A stretch of DNA of 64,000 bases, taken from positions 113,845 to 177,844 of the forward strand of contig BJGV01000001.1 of NCBI GenBank assembly GCA_014190895.1, read 5' to 3'. This DNA is from Nitrosomonadaceae bacterium. Its GTDB lineage: Bacteria; Pseudomonadota; Gammaproteobacteria; Burkholderiales; Nitrosomonadaceae. A program made the position numbers and the translations under genes. The notes under the pieces were generated by a model, which had not been told where the DNA came from, searched no databases, and was given only the letters and a program-made list of their open reading frames with translations. How positions within the stretch are numbered: the first letter of the stretch is position 1; each line of letters opens with the position of its first letter. Below, piece after piece: positions 33,630 through 44,805 of the stretch.

Positions 33630-34937
33630 ATGATGCAGTTGAACTTAGAAACTATTAGCCCATTAGAGCGTCGTTTTAATATTTCAGTTTCCCAGGAAAC
33701 TGTGAAGATCGAAGTAGAAAATCGCCTTAAAAAGTTTGCTCGCACAGCAAAAGCCAAGGGCTTTCGATCAGGTAAAGTCCCGCTAAACTTTATTACTAAA
33801 CAACATGGCTTACAGGTACATCAGGAAGTGATGAATGATGTGTTACGGAAGAGTTTTGGTGAAGCTATTCTTGAACTTAAATTAAGAGTTGTCGGTCATC
33901 CATACTTCGAAGCAAAAGAATCAACAGGAGATGCGTCTCAATTTGAATTTAGCGTGACATTCGAAACTTATCCAGACGTGATCTTAGGCGATCTGAGTGC
34001 AGTCAGTATTGAGCAACCTGTTATGCAAATTTCTCCTATCGATGTTGAAAGAACTATAAATATTTTACGCAAACAACGAGCTCAGTATGAGACGGCAGAG
34101 AAATCTGCTGCAGAGGGAGATGAAGTTAGTATTAACTATCATGGAACTATTAATGGCGAGGAGTTTGATGGTTGTAAGGCAGATAATTCTCTCATAATCC
34201 TAGGTGACGGTCGATTTCTTGTAGATTTTGAGAAATCAGTGATTGGTATGAATATAGGAGAGGATAAGATTTTCGAAACAACTTTTCCAGCAGATTACCC
34301 TAGTCAGACTATTGCCGGTAGAGTTGTTACGTTTAAAGTAAAATTGAATGAAGTTAGAGTACCCAAATTCCCAGTGTTAGATTCTGAATTTGCTAAATTA
34401 TTAGGCGTTATTGATGGTGACCTAGAAAAAATGCGTGACGCAGTAAAGGTAAATCTTGAGCGGGAGGTATCTAGACGGGTGAAATCCAAGATCAAGGAAC
34501 AGGTAATGCAAGTGCTGCTTAACACCAGTACAGTTGATACACCAAAAGCATTGTTAACGTTAGAAATAGAACGTCTAACGCAAATTGCACACAGTGATCT
34601 CAAGAAGCGCGGTACAAAAGTTAAGGATATATCGTTACCTAAAGATTTATTTCAAGAGCGGGCACAACATCGTGTCAATCTTGGTTTAATTTTGTCAGAG
34701 TTAGTAAAAACTTACAATTTAAATGCTACCTCTGAACAGGTACGTGAAATAGTAAAAGACTTTGCGCAAAACTATGAAAAACCTGATGAAGTAGTTAAAT
34801 TGTATTACTCCTCACAGGATCGCCTGAATGAAGCCGAGTCAACGGCGTTAGAGAATAATGTGGTGGCTTGGGTGCTGACGAAAGTAGCTGTTGTAAATAA
34901 AGTAGTCACTTACGAAGAGTTAATGGGAATATATTGA
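33630..34937 (+). CDS. tig: trigger factor
   Basis: 435 aa. N-terminal ribosome-binding GFRSGKVP motif and a central FKBP-like domain. It heads the conserved tig-clpP-clpX-lon order. Confidence 0.95.
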   Translation: MMQLNLETISPLERRFNISVSQETVKIEVENRLKKFARTAKAKGFRSGKVPLNFITKQHGLQVHQEVMNDVLRKSFGEAILELKLRVVGHPYFEAKESTGDASQFEFSVTFETYPDVILGDLSAVSIEQPVMQISPIDVERTINILRKQRAQYETAEKSAAEGDEVSINYHGTINGEEFDGCKADNSLIILGDGRFLVDFEKSVIGMNIGEDKIFETTFPADYPSQTIAGRVVTFKVKLNEVRVPKFPVLDSEFAKLLGVIDGDLEKMRDAVKVNLEREVSRRVKSKIKEQVMQVLLNTSTVDTPKALLTLEIERLTQIAHSDLKKRGTKVKDISLPKDLFQERAQHRVNLGLILSELVKTYNLNATSEQVREIVKDFAQNYEKPDEVVKLYYSSQDRLNEAESTALENNVVAWVLTKVAVVNKVVTYEELMGIY

Positions 34938-34938
34938 T

Positions 34939-35592
34939 ATGACACAACAGTTTAATTGGAGACAGTGTAGTTCAGACCCAGAAAATTTAGGCCTAATTCC
35001 CATGGTAATAGAAACCAGTGGGCGAGGCGAACGTGCTTACGATATATATTCTCGATTATTAAAAGAGAGGGTAATATTTTTAGTTGGACCTGTGACTGAG
35101 ACTTCCGCTAATTTGATTGTGGCGCAACTCTTATTTTTAGAATCAGAGAACTCAGAAAAAAATATTCATCTCTATATTAATTCTCCCGGAGGTCTGGTTT
35201 CTGCTGGACTAGCAATTTACGACACTATGCAGTACATTAAGCCTGACGTTAGCACACTTTGCATAGGTCAGGCAGCAAGTATGGGCTCTTTGTTATTGGC
35301 AGCAGGAGCTCCTGGAAAACGTTTTTGTTTGCCAAATTCTCGTATTATGATCCATCAACCGATGGGCGGTTTTGAAGGACAAGCTTCTGATATTGAGATA
35401 CATGCCAAAGAGATACTATTTCTTAAGAGTAAATTGAACAGTATTTTGGCCAAGCATAGCGGCCAAAGCATTCAAAAAATTGAGAAAGATACTGATCGTG
35501 ATAATTTTCTCAGTGCTGAAGATTCGGTAAAGTATGGATTGGTGGATGTAGTTTTGACTAAGAGAAGCGAAGACGTCACCGCAAAAGAATAA
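34939..35592 (+). CDS. clpP: ATP-dependent Clp protease proteolytic subunit
   Basis: GQAASMGS (catalytic Ser) and IMIHQP (His) are present. Confidence 0.97.
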   Translation: MTQQFNWRQCSSDPENLGLIPMVIETSGRGERAYDIYSRLLKERVIFLVGPVTETSANLIVAQLLFLESENSEKNIHLYINSPGGLVSAGLAIYDTMQYIKPDVSTLCIGQAASMGSLLLAAGAPGKRFCLPNSRIMIHQPMGGFEGQASDIEIHAKEILFLKSKLNSILAKHSGQSIQKIEKDTDRDNFLSAEDSVKYGLVDVVLTKRSEDVTAKE

Positions 35593-35657
35593 TGACTAAA
35601 ACACCCGAAGTTTTTTAAATCAAGACGGCACTGGTTTGGATAAATCGGAGCAATATC

Positions 35658-36941
35658 ATGTTAGATAAAACTGATGGCGAGAAATTACTTTACTGTTCTT
35701 TCTGTGGCAAAAGCCAACATGAGGTAAAGAAACTTATTGCAGGCCCGTCAGTATTTATTTGTGACGAGTGTATAGAGCTCTGTAATGATATTATCCGTGA
35801 AGAAATACAGGGTGCCGAGGCCGCTAAATTAATTAAATCAAGTTTGCCGGTTCCGCGAGAGATTTGTCAAATTCTTGATCAGTATGTAATCGGACAAGAG
35901 CTTGCAAAAAAAATCCTGTCAGTAGCGGTGTACAATCACTATAAACGCCTTAAAAATTTAGCAAGTGCGGGTGATGCTGATGATATTGAATTGGCTAAAA
36001 GTAATATCTTATTAATTGGTCCTACTGGTTCTGGTAAAACACTTTTAGCGCAAACATTAGCGCGATTACTCAACGTACCGTTTGTTATGGCTGACGCTAC
36101 GACTCTTACCGAAGCAGGGTATGTTGGCGAAGATGTAGAAAATATTATTCAAAAACTACTGCAGAAATGTAATTATGATGTGGATCAGGCCCAGCAGGGT
36201 ATTGTCTATATTGATGAGATTGACAAGATATCACGTAAATCGGATAACCCATCAATCACACGTGATGTATCGGGTGAAGGTGTACAGCAAGCCTTATTAA
36301 AATTAATTGAAGGTACTGTTGCTTCAGTACCCCCTCAGGGCGGGAGAAAGCATCCAAATCAGGAGTTTATCCAGGTTGATACCACTAATATTTTGTTTAT
36401 TTGCGGTGGTGCATTTGATGGTCTTGATAAAATAATACGGGCCCGTTCCCATAAGGGTGGAATAGGTTTCGGCGCAGACATGCGAAATAATGATGATAAT
36501 CAAAAAGGTATTGATGGAGTGTTGCGGAAAGTTGAGCCAGAAGACCTGGTAAAGTATGGTCTGATTCCTGAATTTGTAGGGCGTCTACCTGTAGTGGCAA
36601 CTTTAGAAGAATTAGGTGAGTTAGCTCTAATTCAGATCCTAACTGAACCAAAAAATGCACTCATCAAACAGTATCAGAAAATGTTTAACATGGAAGGGGG
36701 CATCGATTTAGAATTCCGTGAACAAGCGCTTAAGGAAATCGCTAAAAAAGCTCTAACACAAAAGACTGGAGCACGCGGTCTTCGTTCAATTTTAGAAAGT
36801 ACTTTATTAGATCTGATGTTTGATCTACCATCATTGGAAAATGTTACCAAAGTGTTAGTTGACCAAGGTTCCGTTGGGGGTAATATTAAACCAATTCTGA
36901 TTTATTCGGATAAATCTAAGGCGGTTAAAAATCTCCAGTAA
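35658..36941 (+). CDS. clpX: ATP-dependent Clp protease ATP-binding subunit ClpX
   Basis: N-terminal zinc finger CSFCGK...CDEC and Walker A GPTGSGKT. Confidence 0.97.
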   Translation: MLDKTDGEKLLYCSFCGKSQHEVKKLIAGPSVFICDECIELCNDIIREEIQGAEAAKLIKSSLPVPREICQILDQYVIGQELAKKILSVAVYNHYKRLKNLASAGDADDIELAKSNILLIGPTGSGKTLLAQTLARLLNVPFVMADATTLTEAGYVGEDVENIIQKLLQKCNYDVDQAQQGIVYIDEIDKISRKSDNPSITRDVSGEGVQQALLKLIEGTVASVPPQGGRKHPNQEFIQVDTTNILFICGGAFDGLDKIIRARSHKGGIGFGADMRNNDDNQKGIDGVLRKVEPEDLVKYGLIPEFVGRLPVVATLEELGELALIQILTEPKNALIKQYQKMFNMEGGIDLEFREQALKEIAKKALTQKTGARGLRSILESTLLDLMFDLPSLENVTKVLVDQGSVGGNIKPILIYSDKSKAVKNLQ

Positions 36942-36965
36942 TTGTTCTTTGTAGTTTTCTGCTAT

Positions 36966-36993
36966 CTTGAATTTTTTTACAGTGTCCCCACAT
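36966..36993 (+). promoter_or_regulatory. sigma-32-type heat-shock promoter candidate for lon
   Basis: CTTGAA (36966-36971), 14 nt, then CCCCACAT (36986-36993), against consensus CTTGAA-N13-14-CCCCATNT. It lies 42 nt upstream of the lon start. Confidence 0.55.
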
Positions 36994-37034
36994 AGTAGAT
37001 CTGCCAGACTTTATTTTAAAAATATAGGTGCGCT

Positions 37035-39446
37035 GTGTCTTCTCTAATTATTGACTCTAATCATTTGTTATTACCACTGCTGCCATTACGCGATGTAGTT
37101 GTATTCCCGCATATGGTTATTCCTTTATTTGTTGGGCGACCTAAATCTATCAGGGCGTTAGAAGCAGCTATGGAATCTGGTAAGACTATCTTATTGGTAG
37201 CGCAAAAATCTGCCGCTAAAGATGAACCGGTTTCTGAAGATCTTTACAATGTTTGCAGCGTCGCTAATTTGTTACAAATGCTCAAATTACCTGATGGTAC
37301 TGTCAAGGTATTAGTGGAGGGTAGTCACCGTGCTAGTCTTGTAAAAATTATTGATAATGAAACTTATTTTTCCGGTGAAGCTGTGTTACTTCCACATGAT
37401 GTAATTGACAATAATGAAATGGAAGCGATGCGGCGCACAGTATTGATGCAATTTGATCAATATGTAAAACTTAATAAAAAAATTCCACCAGAAATACATA
37501 CTTCGCTTAATGGCATAGATGAGGTGGGGCGCCTAGCGGATACTATTGCCGCTTATTTACCATTAAAACTTGAACAGAAACAGGAAATTCTTGAAATTTT
37601 CGATGTGTCTAAACGTCTAGATCACTTATTAGGGTTACTAGAAACGGAGCTTGACATACTGCAAGTAGAGAAACGTATTCGTGGTCGGGTTAAGCGTCAG
37701 ATGGAGAAGAGTCAGCGTGATTATTATCTTAATGAGCAAGTAAAGGCTATTCAGAAGGAACTGGGTGAGGGGGAGGATGGTGCAGATTTAGAGGAAGTAG
37801 ATAAAAAGATAAAAGCTGCCAATATGTCTAAAGAGGGACGTACCAAAGCCGAAGCAGAATTAAAGAAATTACGTTTGATGTCACCCATGTCAGCCGAAGC
37901 CACGGTAGTACGTAATTACATCGATGTGTTAGTTGCATTACCGTGGAAAAAGAAAAGTAAAATTAACAGGGATCTCCAGGCTGCTGAGATTATTTTGGAA
38001 AAAGATCATTACGGGTTGGATAAAGTCAAAGAACGTATTGTTGAATATTTGGCGGTACAGCAACGCGTAGAAAAATTAAAAGCACCAATTCTCTGTCTAG
38101 TAGGCCCACCTGGCGTAGGAAAAACTTCACTAGGTCAATCTATTGCTCGCGCAACTAATCGTAAATTTGTTCGTATGTCTTTAGGCGGCGTGCGTGACGA
38201 AGCTGAAATACGCGGGCATCGACGTACTTACATTGGTTCGATGCCAGGTAAGATTTTGCAAAATATGACTAAAGTTGGCGTCAAAAATCCATTATTCTTA
38301 TTAGACGAAGTAGATAAAATGGGGATGGACTTTCGTGGCGATCCATCTTCTGCATTATTAGAGGTTCTTGATCCAGAGCAAAATAATTCATTTGTAGATC
38401 ACTATATTGAGGTTGAGTATGATCTATCTGATGTGATGTTTGTAGCCACCGCCAATACTTTAAACATACCACCGGCGCTGTTGGACCGCATGGAGTTAAT
38501 TCGATTATCTGGTTACACCGAAGATGAGAAACTCAACATTGCTACTCGCTATTTATTACCAAAACAGATGAAGAATAACGGTCTTAAGGATGATGAATTA
38601 GCAGTATCTGAGTCAGCATTGCGAGATATAACTCGTTTTTACACACGAGAAGCTGGTGTGCGTGCTATGGAGCGAGAGATATCAAAGATCTGTCGTAAAG
38701 TAGTTAAATTCTTATTATCTAAAGGTAGTCATAAAAAAATTATTGTTAATGCACGCAATTTGAATAAGTACCTGGGTGTGCGTCGCTACGCTTATGGAAT
38801 AGCCGAGGAGAAAAATCAAATTGGGCAAGTGACCGGATTAGCATGGACCGAAGTTGGTGGCGAGCTTCTGACTATCGAGGCGGTGATGTTACCTGGTAAA
38901 GGCAAGACCATTACCACAGGCAAACTAGGTGAGGTCATGCAAGAATCCATCCAAGCTGCATTATCAGTAGTTCGTAAGCGCTCTAGAGCGCTAGGTATTT
39001 CAGAAGATTTTTACCAGAAAAATGACATTCATATTCATTTACCAGAAGGGGCAACACCTAAAGACGGACCAAGCGCAGGCATTGGTATTTGTGTTGCAAT
39101 GGTGTCAGCCTTGACAGGTATCCCAGTACGCGCAACTGTAGCTATGACAGGGGAGATAACACTACGTGGGGAGGTGTTACCAATCGGCGGACTCAAAGAA
39201 AAACTTTTAGCAGCCCATCGAGGCGGTATAAAAATAGTGCTCATTCCGGAGGATAATGTCAAAGACCTGGCTGAGATTCCAGAAAATATTAAAAGTCGAT
39301 TAGATATTCATCCGGTGAAGTGGATAGATCAAGTTTTAGGATTAGCGTTGGAACGCAAACCAGAGGCTCTTGCTACCATTGATGCGCCCGTAACCACCAC
39401 CTCTAGTCTAATTGAGAGTGTGGCAGCTATTACAATTCAACATTAA
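37035..39446 (+). CDS. lon: Lon protease (LonA)
   Basis: 803 aa. GTG start, Walker [10 protein letters not shown], and protease domain DGPSAGI (catalytic Ser). Confidence 0.97.
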   Translation: MSSLIIDSNHLLLPLLPLRDVVVFPHMVIPLFVGRPKSIRALEAAMESGKTILLVAQKSAAKDEPVSEDLYNVCSVANLLQMLKLPDGTVKVLVEGSHRASLVKIIDNETYFSGEAVLLPHDVIDNNEMEAMRRTVLMQFDQYVKLNKKIPPEIHTSLNGIDEVGRLADTIAAYLPLKLEQKQEILEIFDVSKRLDHLLGLLETELDILQVEKRIRGRVKRQMEKSQRDYYLNEQVKAIQKELGEGEDGADLEEVDKKIKAANMSKEGRTKAEAELKKLRLMSPMSAEATVVRNYIDVLVALPWKKKSKINRDLQAAEIILEKDHYGLDKVKERIVEYLAVQQRVEKLKAPILCLVGPPGVGKTSLGQSIARATNRKFVRMSLGGVRDEAEIRGHRRTYIGSMPGKILQNMTKVGVKNPLFLLDEVDKMGMDFRGDPSSALLEVLDPEQNNSFVDHYIEVEYDLSDVMFVATANTLNIPPALLDRMELIRLSGYTEDEKLNIATRYLLPKQMKNNGLKDDELAVSESALRDITRFYTREAGVRAMEREISKICRKVVKFLLSKGSHKKIIVNARNLNKYLGVRRYAYGIAEEKNQIGQVTGLAWTEVGGELLTIEAVMLPGKGKTITTGKLGEVMQESIQAALSVVRKRSRALGISEDFYQKNDIHIHLPEGATPKDGPSAGIGICVAMVSALTGIPVRATVAMTGEITLRGEVLPIGGLKEKLLAAHRGGIKIVLIPEDNVKDLAEIPENIKSRLDIHPVKWIDQVLGLALERKPEALATIDAPVTTTSSLIESVAAITIQH

Positions 39447-39633
39447 CCCACCAAGAGTCTTGATTAATTAGTACTTTAAATTTGTAATCTTATTTTAGTA
39501 CATAATTTGCTAAACGTTGGAGTATCGAGTTACCAGATCTTATTTTGTGAAAAGTCTAAAAATATTTCTGTTATTTTATAAAGAATATTTTGTCTCTAAA
39601 GGGGTCATATAAAAATATATATGCAATGGATAC

Positions 39634-39662
39634 TTGACCAAGTTTGATAGGATTGATATAAC
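39634..39662 (+). promoter_or_regulatory. sigma-70-like promoter candidate for hupB
   Basis: TTGACC (39634-39639), 17 nt, then TATAAC (39657-39662), about 80 nt upstream of the hupB ATG. Confidence 0.4.
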
Positions 39663-39742
39663 TATCCCTGCAAGTTAATACATGTACTGCACTTAGTCCT
39701 AATTTTTTTTACTAACCATAGAAATAAAACAAGGGAGAGCAT

Positions 39743-40015
39743 ATGAACAAGTCTGAATTAATTGAAGCCGTTGCCAAATCCGCCAGTCTTTCTAAAACAG
39801 CTGCAGGTCACGCTCTAGATAGTACGTTATCTGCAATTAAAGGTGCTCTTAAAAAAGGACAGAGTGTTACCTTGGTAGGTTTTGGAACCTTTAAAGTAGG
39901 CAAGCGCGCAGCTCGAGTTGGTCGAAATCCTCGTACCGGTGCAGCCATAAAAATTAAAGCAGCAAAAGTTCCTAAATTTAGTGCCGGGAAAGCGCTTAAG
40001 GATGCCGTAAACTAA
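39743..40015 (+). CDS. hupB: DNA-binding protein HU
   Basis: 90 aa, [11 protein letters not shown]...GFGTFKV..RAAR.GRNPRTG. It sits downstream of lon as in E. coli. Confidence 0.95.
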   Translation: MNKSELIEAVAKSASLSKTAAGHALDSTLSAIKGALKKGQSVTLVGFGTFKVGKRAARVGRNPRTGAAIKIKAAKVPKFSAGKALKDAVN

Positions 40016-40030
40016 GTCTTCATCGGGACG

Positions 40031-40106
40031 GGGTGCTTAGCTCAGTTGGTAGAGCGTCGCCCTTACAAGGCGAATGTCGGCGGTTCGACCCCGTCAGCAC
40101 CCACCA
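40031..40106 (+). tRNA. tRNA-Val (anticodon UAC)
   Basis: Acceptor GGGTGCT/AGCACCC, D-arm GCTC-AGTTGGTA-GAGC, anticodon loop CTTACAA, T-arm GGCGG-TTCGACC-CCGTC, encoded CCA. Confidence 0.92.
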
Positions 40107-40126
40107 ACCGAATTCTACAGGTTATT

Positions 40127-40203
40127 GGAGTGGTAGTTCAGTTGGTTAGAATACCGGCCTGTCACGCCGGGGGTCGCGGGTTCGAGTCCCGTCCACTCCG
40201 CCA
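40127..40203 (+). tRNA. tRNA-Asp (anticodon GUC)
   Basis: Acceptor GGAGTGG/CCACTCC, anticodon stem-loop CCGGC-CTGTCAC-GCCGG, T-arm GCGGG-TTCGAGT-CCCGT, encoded CCA. Confidence 0.92.
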
Positions 40204-40789
40204 ATAAAATACACATATAAAGTCCTAAAGGGATATTCTTATTTTAGAATATTCAAAGAACTATCCAAAGCTAAACTGCTTGGATGCTTATCTGGAATGA
40301 AACTATACTTTCATTTGTTTCTTTATTGTGACTAACCTTGTCTTCCCACCAGAGCACCAACCTCATCACCTGCATTTATCCGCGTCAAACTATCAGGATC
40401 CTCTTTAGCGAGCATAGGGCGATACGTGCCCAAACAAAGCCTACGTGGGCATTAAAGATTTAATAGTTCAACACCCCACCCACCCGGTACCCCTTATTTT
40501 TTGCTTGATAATACCCAGTCTTCCCATGCAGTCAATTCCGGACGTCCAATGGGGTAATTCTGATTTTAGTAGTGTGTGTAAGAGGTTTACGTAGTAAGGG
40601 TAGTGGATGATTCTGCGTTTCAATACCCACTTTAATCTGCACCCCTCTCATCTGGTCTCATATGGACACATGGTGTTGATGCATAAGATGTCATGGGTGT
40701 TTTATTGATAGGTTATATAAGGTATGATTGATAGACTGTATGCGTTAGTCTAATACAATACGATTTCTAATTTCTATTCAATAAAAATT

Positions 40790-41577
40790 ATGAACATTAA
40801 ATTCATCCCTCTATTTATCTCACTGGCAGTCCTATCTGGCAATGCACTTGCTGATGCACCTGAAGCACGTCATGACTGGACTGGCTTTTATGTGGGGGGA
40901 TTTGTTGGCGGTGCTGCTGGTACTAAAACCAATACAACTGAGCCAGTAGCCAGTGATGGTTTTTGGAACGCCCCCTACTCCTCCGATTCTAACTACCATA
41001 CAAAGGCAAGCGTTATGGGGGGGGTACGGTTGGCTATAACTGGCAGCTAGGGAAATCACCTTATTTGATTGGTTTAGAAGCAGAGTACGGGTACTTGGGA
41101 TCAAAGGGTAGCAAGCAAGATCCTAACGCAGCGCCCCGTGGAGATGCTGGTGACGGTTCGCATAGCACTAAGATTGGTGGTTCATATGGCTATGGTTTGA
41201 TTGGCGGACGTCTAGGGTACGCACATGATCGTAGCCTCTTTTACGTTAAGAGTGGTGCGGTGTTTACTACTACTAAGACTAATTATGACGACTTTAACAA
41301 TAATCCGTCAGTCAGTGGTACTTTGCATACTTCGGGCAAGAGTGACAACGTAGGTTATGCCATCGGCGGTGGTATCGAACAAGCCCTGCCACCAGAGTGG
41401 TTTGAGTCAGCTAAGCATATATCTATCAAAGCTGAATACCTCTACCTTGGTATTGGGAGAACGCAGACGACTTCAGGCGTGGATTCCCCCTGGGGCCATA
41501 CATCCACCACCACCGATCATATCAAAGGCATGCACACGGCTAAGATTGGTATCAACTATCAATTCGAAGGTTTCTAG
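40790..41577 (+). pseudogene. outer-membrane beta-barrel protein (OMP_b-brl / Omp25-Opa-like 'porin family') interrupted by a frameshift at a poly-G tract
   Basis: ORF 40790-41050 encodes the signal peptide (...GNALA/DAPE) and the first strands (WTGFYVGGFVGGA). The +2 frame continues ...GGGTVGYNWQLGKSPYLIGLEAEYGYLG... to a C-terminal INYQFEGF ending in Phe. The frames switch at the G8 run 41017-41024. Confidence 0.8.
41017..41024 (+). repeat. G8 homopolymer at the OMP frameshift point
   Basis: ATGGGGGGGGTAC. G9 (or G6) would fuse the two ORFs in frame to read ...KASVMGGGTVGYNWQ... Confidence 0.95.
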
Positions 41578-41965
41578 TCTTGGTGGGGTAATACCTCTCT
41601 GCTTCGCACCACTTCGCAAAATTATCAGTAATAAAGCGGAAAGAACCGTTTTGCTTACCTCTCTGTAGATATTTTTTTAGATGCTTCATTAAATTTCATC
41701 GCTTACCTAGCCATTAAATCTATAATGCTCCGAATGAGATAGAAAGAGACTGAGTTAAATATATAAATTTAGACTAAGAATTATATTTTCTCATTTGAAT
41801 AATGTGAGTTTTTAAAAAATGACTAAGATAGCAAATAAGACGATCTAATCTCTTGTAGTTTTCTCCATGTAGCGCACTCTTTCTATTATCCGTTCACCTC
41901 ATCAGATTTTGCGTTAAAATAGGACGTGCGTAAACTCGCTTTTTATTTGTTCTTGGATCTTGATA

Positions 41966-43858
41966 ATGTTTGATTTTGTTAACGAAAGGAAACGCATTGT
42001 TCAAGCTATTATGGCTATAGCTACATTACCATTTCTTTTCTGGGGAATTGAGTCGTACCGTAACACTGGTAGTGAAGATTATGTGGCTATTGTGACTGGA
42101 GAAAAAATTCAACGTCAAGAATTTGATCAGGCTCTTCGCAACCAGCAAGAAAATATGCGCAATTCTCCAGGAGAAAAAATTAATGATGCGATGATAGATA
42201 ATCCAGAAATTAGATTAGCCGTAGTAGAAAAATTAATTCTGCAGCGTTTATTTAAGAGCGAGGTAGCGGGTGCTAAATTAACTGTTACAGATTCACAATT
42301 AGTGGAAATTATACAAGGTATTCCCGCATTCCAGCAAGATGGAAAATTTTCTAATTCACGTTATGAAGAGATATTACGTAATCAAGGCATGACCCCAGTA
42401 ATTTTTGAATCACGAGTTCGTCAAGATATGATGCAGCAACAATTGACGGATGCCTTTACCCAATACGGTTTTGTTTCAGATACAGTAGCTCACAAAATAA
42501 TGCGTTTAAGTGAGGAAAAACGTGAGATAAATCAAATTCGCATTCAGCCAGAACAATTCTTATCACAAATCAAACCTAGCGATGCCTCTGTCGAGTCTTA
42601 TTATAAAGATCACCAAAATGAGTTACAGCTCCCAGAACAGGTGCGCGTCGAGTACTTAGTATTATCATTGGATGATTTAATTAAAAAAACGCTAGTCAGT
42701 TCCGATGAGGCAATAAAATATTACGATGAACATAAGAGTGAGTTTGATCAAACAGAAGAGCGTCAAGCCAGTCATATCTTATTTAACGCTCGTGTTACTG
42801 CGTCCGATCAAGATAAAGAGATAGCTCGCTCTAAAGCAAAGAATTTATTAGATCAAATTAAACAATCACCAAAAAGTTTTGCTGATTTTGCAGGGCAACA
42901 TTCTCAAGATCCTGGCACAGCAAATAAAGGCGGAGATCTTGGTTTTTTTGGTCGCGGGATCATGGTGAAATCTTTTGAAGATGAAATTTTCCAGATGAAA
43001 CCAGAGGAAATCCGTGGCCCCATTCAGACAGATTTTGGTTTCCATATAGTGAAACTTACGTCAGTAAGAGCTGGGAAGTCAGTAAATTATGCCGATATAA
43101 AGAATCAGGTTGAACAAGAACTAAAGAAACAAAAAGCTGGGAAGACATTTGGCGAAGTGGCTGAGAGTTTTGGTAATATGGTATATGAGCAAGGAGACAA
43201 CTTGAGGCCTGCCGCAGAGAAGTTCAAGCTGTCCATTCAAGAGAGCGGATGGATCAACAAAAAGGTTGGTGAAGCTCCATACCTTACTGACGAGAAATTA
43301 TTAAACGCAATATTCTCAGAGGATGTAATTAAGAACAAACATAACACTGAGTCGATTGAAGTAAAACCAAATACTTTAATTTCAGCAAGAGTTGTAGGGC
43401 ATAAACCTGTGGCGATACCTTCGATAACGATAGTGAAGGATAAAATTAATGAAATCTTGGTGCGTCACCAGGCGATTGATTATGCGAAGGAAGAAGGTAA
43501 AAAGAGGCTGGCACAATTACAAGCAGGTGAAAAAGATACGTTGACGTGGGGTCCTGTTCAGCAGGTTTCCAGGAGAGAACCGCAAGGATTAGATAATGAA
43601 ACTTTAAGATCAGTTTTCAAGGCTGAGTCAGTTAAGTTGCCTTCTTATGAGGGTCTTGTTGATTCTTTAGGGGGATTTTCTTTGATTCGTATCAGTAAGG
43701 TAATGGAGCCATTACCTGTTGATAAGACCAGAATTAAAGATTTCGGTAAACAGTTACAGCAACTAATCTCTCAAGAAGAACTTTTGTCATATCTCGCCGC
43801 GATCAAACAACGATCTGAAGTAACAATTAGGAAGGAGAATATTGAGAGAAGGCAGTAA
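41966..43858 (+). CDS. ppiD: periplasmic chaperone / peptidyl-prolyl isomerase PpiD
   Basis: About 630 aa. N-terminal TM anchor, SurA-like N domain and a parvulin domain (GGDLGFFGRG...FGFHIVKL). It occupies the conserved hupB-ppiD position. I prefer the ATG at 41966 over the TTG at 41960. Confidence 0.9.
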   Translation: MFDFVNERKRIVQAIMAIATLPFLFWGIESYRNTGSEDYVAIVTGEKIQRQEFDQALRNQQENMRNSPGEKINDAMIDNPEIRLAVVEKLILQRLFKSEVAGAKLTVTDSQLVEIIQGIPAFQQDGKFSNSRYEEILRNQGMTPVIFESRVRQDMMQQQLTDAFTQYGFVSDTVAHKIMRLSEEKREINQIRIQPEQFLSQIKPSDASVESYYKDHQNELQLPEQVRVEYLVLSLDDLIKKTLVSSDEAIKYYDEHKSEFDQTEERQASHILFNARVTASDQDKEIARSKAKNLLDQIKQSPKSFADFAGQHSQDPGTANKGGDLGFFGRGIMVKSFEDEIFQMKPEEIRGPIQTDFGFHIVKLTSVRAGKSVNYADIKNQVEQELKKQKAGKTFGEVAESFGNMVYEQGDNLRPAAEKFKLSIQESGWINKKVGEAPYLTDEKLLNAIFSEDVIKNKHNTESIEVKPNTLISARVVGHKPVAIPSITIVKDKINEILVRHQAIDYAKEEGKKRLAQLQAGEKDTLTWGPVQQVSRREPQGLDNETLRSVFKAESVKLPSYEGLVDSLGGFSLIRISKVMEPLPVDKTRIKDFGKQLQQLISQEELLSYLAAIKQRSEVTIRKENIERRQ

Positions 43859-43869
43859 ATTGTGACATG

Positions 43870-44658
43870 TTACGAGTTGTTAAGATCGAAAGCGACGGTA
43901 TTAAATCCAGCATCGACATAAGTGATCTCTCCAGTGATGCCACTAGCTAAATCGCTACAAAGAAAGGCTGCTACGTTACCCACTTCCTCTATAGATACAT
44001 TGCGCCGTAATGGTGCAATTTTCTCGGTATAACTTAACAATTTACCAAAATTACCTATGCCAGTTGCTGCCAATGTTTTAATTGGTCCAGCGGAGATTGC
44101 GTTAACTCTTATACCTTTAGGACCTAGGCTTGAAGCCATGAAACGTACATTTGCTTCAAGGCTTGCTTTAGCCAATCCCATTACATTGTAATTTGGCATG
44201 ACTCGTAGTGCGCCCAAGTAGGTTAGGGTCAAAAGAGAACCATTTCTATTCTGCATCAGTGGAGCTCCAGCTTTTGCAAGTGCAGCAAAGCTATAAGAAC
44301 TAACATCATGGGCTATACGAAAGGCATCGCGGTTCAGACTCTCTAGGTAATCTCCATTTAATGCCTCACGTGGCGCAAAAGCAATAGAGTGAACGATGCT
44401 ATCGAGAGTATCCCAGTGCATACTGAGATCTTGGAAGCATTGAGTTATTTCATTATCTTTTGTCACATCGCAGGGAAATAGCAAGTCACTATCAAACTCG
44501 GAAGCAAGTTTCTTAACGCGCTCACGCACCTGTTCTCCTTGATATGTGAAGGCGAGTTGAGCGCTCTCGCGCCACATAGCCTTGGCAATACCATAGGCAA
44601 TAGAACGATTACTAAGTAATCCAGTAATAAGGATGCGCTTATTGGCGAGAAGTTCCAT
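43870..44658 (-). CDS. fabI: enoyl-[acyl-carrier-protein] reductase (NADH)
   Basis: 262 aa, [17 protein letters not shown], with the SDR-like FabI Y...K core. Confidence 0.93.
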   Translation of the reverse strand: MELLANKRILITGLLSNRSIAYGIAKAMWRESAQLAFTYQGEQVRERVKKLASEFDSDLLFPCDVTKDNEITQCFQDLSMHWDTLDSIVHSIAFAPREALNGDYLESLNRDAFRIAHDVSSYSFAALAKAGAPLMQNRNGSLLTLTYLGALRVMPNYNVMGLAKASLEANVRFMASSLGPKGIRVNAISAGPIKTLAATGIGNFGKLLSYTEKIAPLRRNVSIEEVGNVAAFLCSDLASGITGEITYVDAGFNTVAFDLNNS

Positions 44659-44805
44659 GTCGTGTCCTTGTGAGTATTTTATTCCCAGTTGTAATAGATT
44701 ATAGCCTAGGAGCTCATGACTTTTGAAGGAACATAATAAGATTAGCTGAAGTAAGAATTCTTGAGCCTATTCTATAGCTTCAATTTACGCTAAACTATAA
44801 ATCTA

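Noticed and set aside
41357-41668. 103-aa plus-strand ORF overlapping the 3' half of the OMP gene
   Set aside because: It is an alternative frame of the beta-barrel gene. Its translation is low-complexity with no motif, whereas the barrel frame ends in a canonical C-terminal Phe.
40031-41960. Integrated genomic island at tRNA-Val/tRNA-Asp
   Set aside because: No integrase or other mobile genes are present, and I found no direct repeat of the tRNA 3' end by eye. I kept only the weaker remnant hypothesis as a finding.
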